From contig OY970223.1 of assembly GCA_963714015.1 (NCBI GenBank), positions 2,464,001 to 2,528,000 on the forward strand: 64,000 bases of DNA. The letters are read 5' to 3'. The position numbers and the translations under genes were made by a program. Each line of letters opens with the position of its first letter. Position 1 is the first letter of the stretch. This document shows positions 63,605 through 64,000 of this stretch, piece by piece. The notes under the pieces are model-generated. The model searched no databases and was not told the origin of the DNA. It worked only from the letters and a program-made list of their open reading frames with translations. The DNA comes from Vulcanimicrobiota bacterium (lineage in GTDB: Bacteria > Vulcanimicrobiota > Vulcanimicrobiia > Vulcanimicrobiales > Vulcanimicrobiaceae).

Positions 63605-64000
63605 TCGTCCTGGCCGCATTGGTCTTCGCCGTAAGCAGCACGACGTTTCAAGCCGGCGCGACGATGCCCAAGAAGACGATTTACAATCAAAGCGGATGCA
63701 CCGGCGCAAACGTCTCACCCGAATTGCATTGGAAAGGTGCACCGGCGAACACTCGCAGCTTCGCGATCGTCATGCACGATCCCGACGCCCCTGCGCCGGG
63801 CGGCTGGTATCACTGGGTGGTCTATAATTTGCCCGCATCCACGCATCGTTTAGCGGAATCTGCACCGCTCAAAACCACGCAGCTCGGCATGACGTCGTGG
63901 GGCGCTGCCGCCTACGGCGGACCGTGCCCTCCGCGCGGCAAAGTCCATCACTACGTCGTCACCGTTTACGCGCTGAATCTTCGTTCGATTCGCCGAGCGC
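63601..64000 (+). CDS. YbhB/YbcL (PEBP/Raf kinase inhibitor-like) protein, 3' partial
   Basis: Manual translation from ATG 63601 gives ..NVSPELHW.GAP..T.SFA..MHDPDAP..GGWYHWVV..YGGPCPP.G..HHYV.TVYAL. Confidence 0.92.
   Translation, partial: MIVLAALVFAVSSTTFQAGATMPKKTIYNQSGCTGANVSPELHWKGAPANTRSFAIVMHDPDAPAPGGWYHWVVYNLPASTHRLAESAPLKTTQLGMTSWGAAAYGGPCPPRGKVHHYVVTVYALNLRSIRRA

Overview
GC-rich bacterial chromosomal window. The abundance of 'LAACGGGGG'-type lipoproteins, Vgb/PQQ propellers and phosphoesterases suggests Eremiobacterota/Vulcanimicrobiota, but this is inference only. Positions 1-30.7 kb are a large surface-polysaccharide locus: an O-antigen ligase/polymerase, several GT4/GT2/GT-C glycosyltransferases, a complete wbpA/B/D/E/I-like UDP-ManNAc3NAcA pathway, a WbpM/PglF dehydratase, an AsnB amidotransferase, a methyltransferase and a CMAH-like MBL-fold enzyme. 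Inside the locus are three paralogous secreted proteins sharing an unannotated, glycoside-hydrolase-like domain, arranged around an orphan DevR/NarL-type regulator with DosR-like boxes in its promoter. A decayed lower-GC patch (IS3 and M15 peptidase remnants) also interrupts the locus. The rest holds a His-motif lipoprotein pair, tig-clpP-clpX, 7 tRNAs, a GAF-GGDEF-STAND-TPR fusion, two PAS-GGDEF-EAL proteins, a ~2 kb att-flanked islet at tRNA-Lys(CTT), SRP RNA, a DUF4446-M23-yggT-lepA-rdgB-GNAT operon, an M3 peptidase and a partial YbhB gene. Many genes are split by single-base frameshifts, densest in the first 14 kb. These are most likely long-read consensus errors, so split genes are reported as joined CDSs with approximate boundaries.
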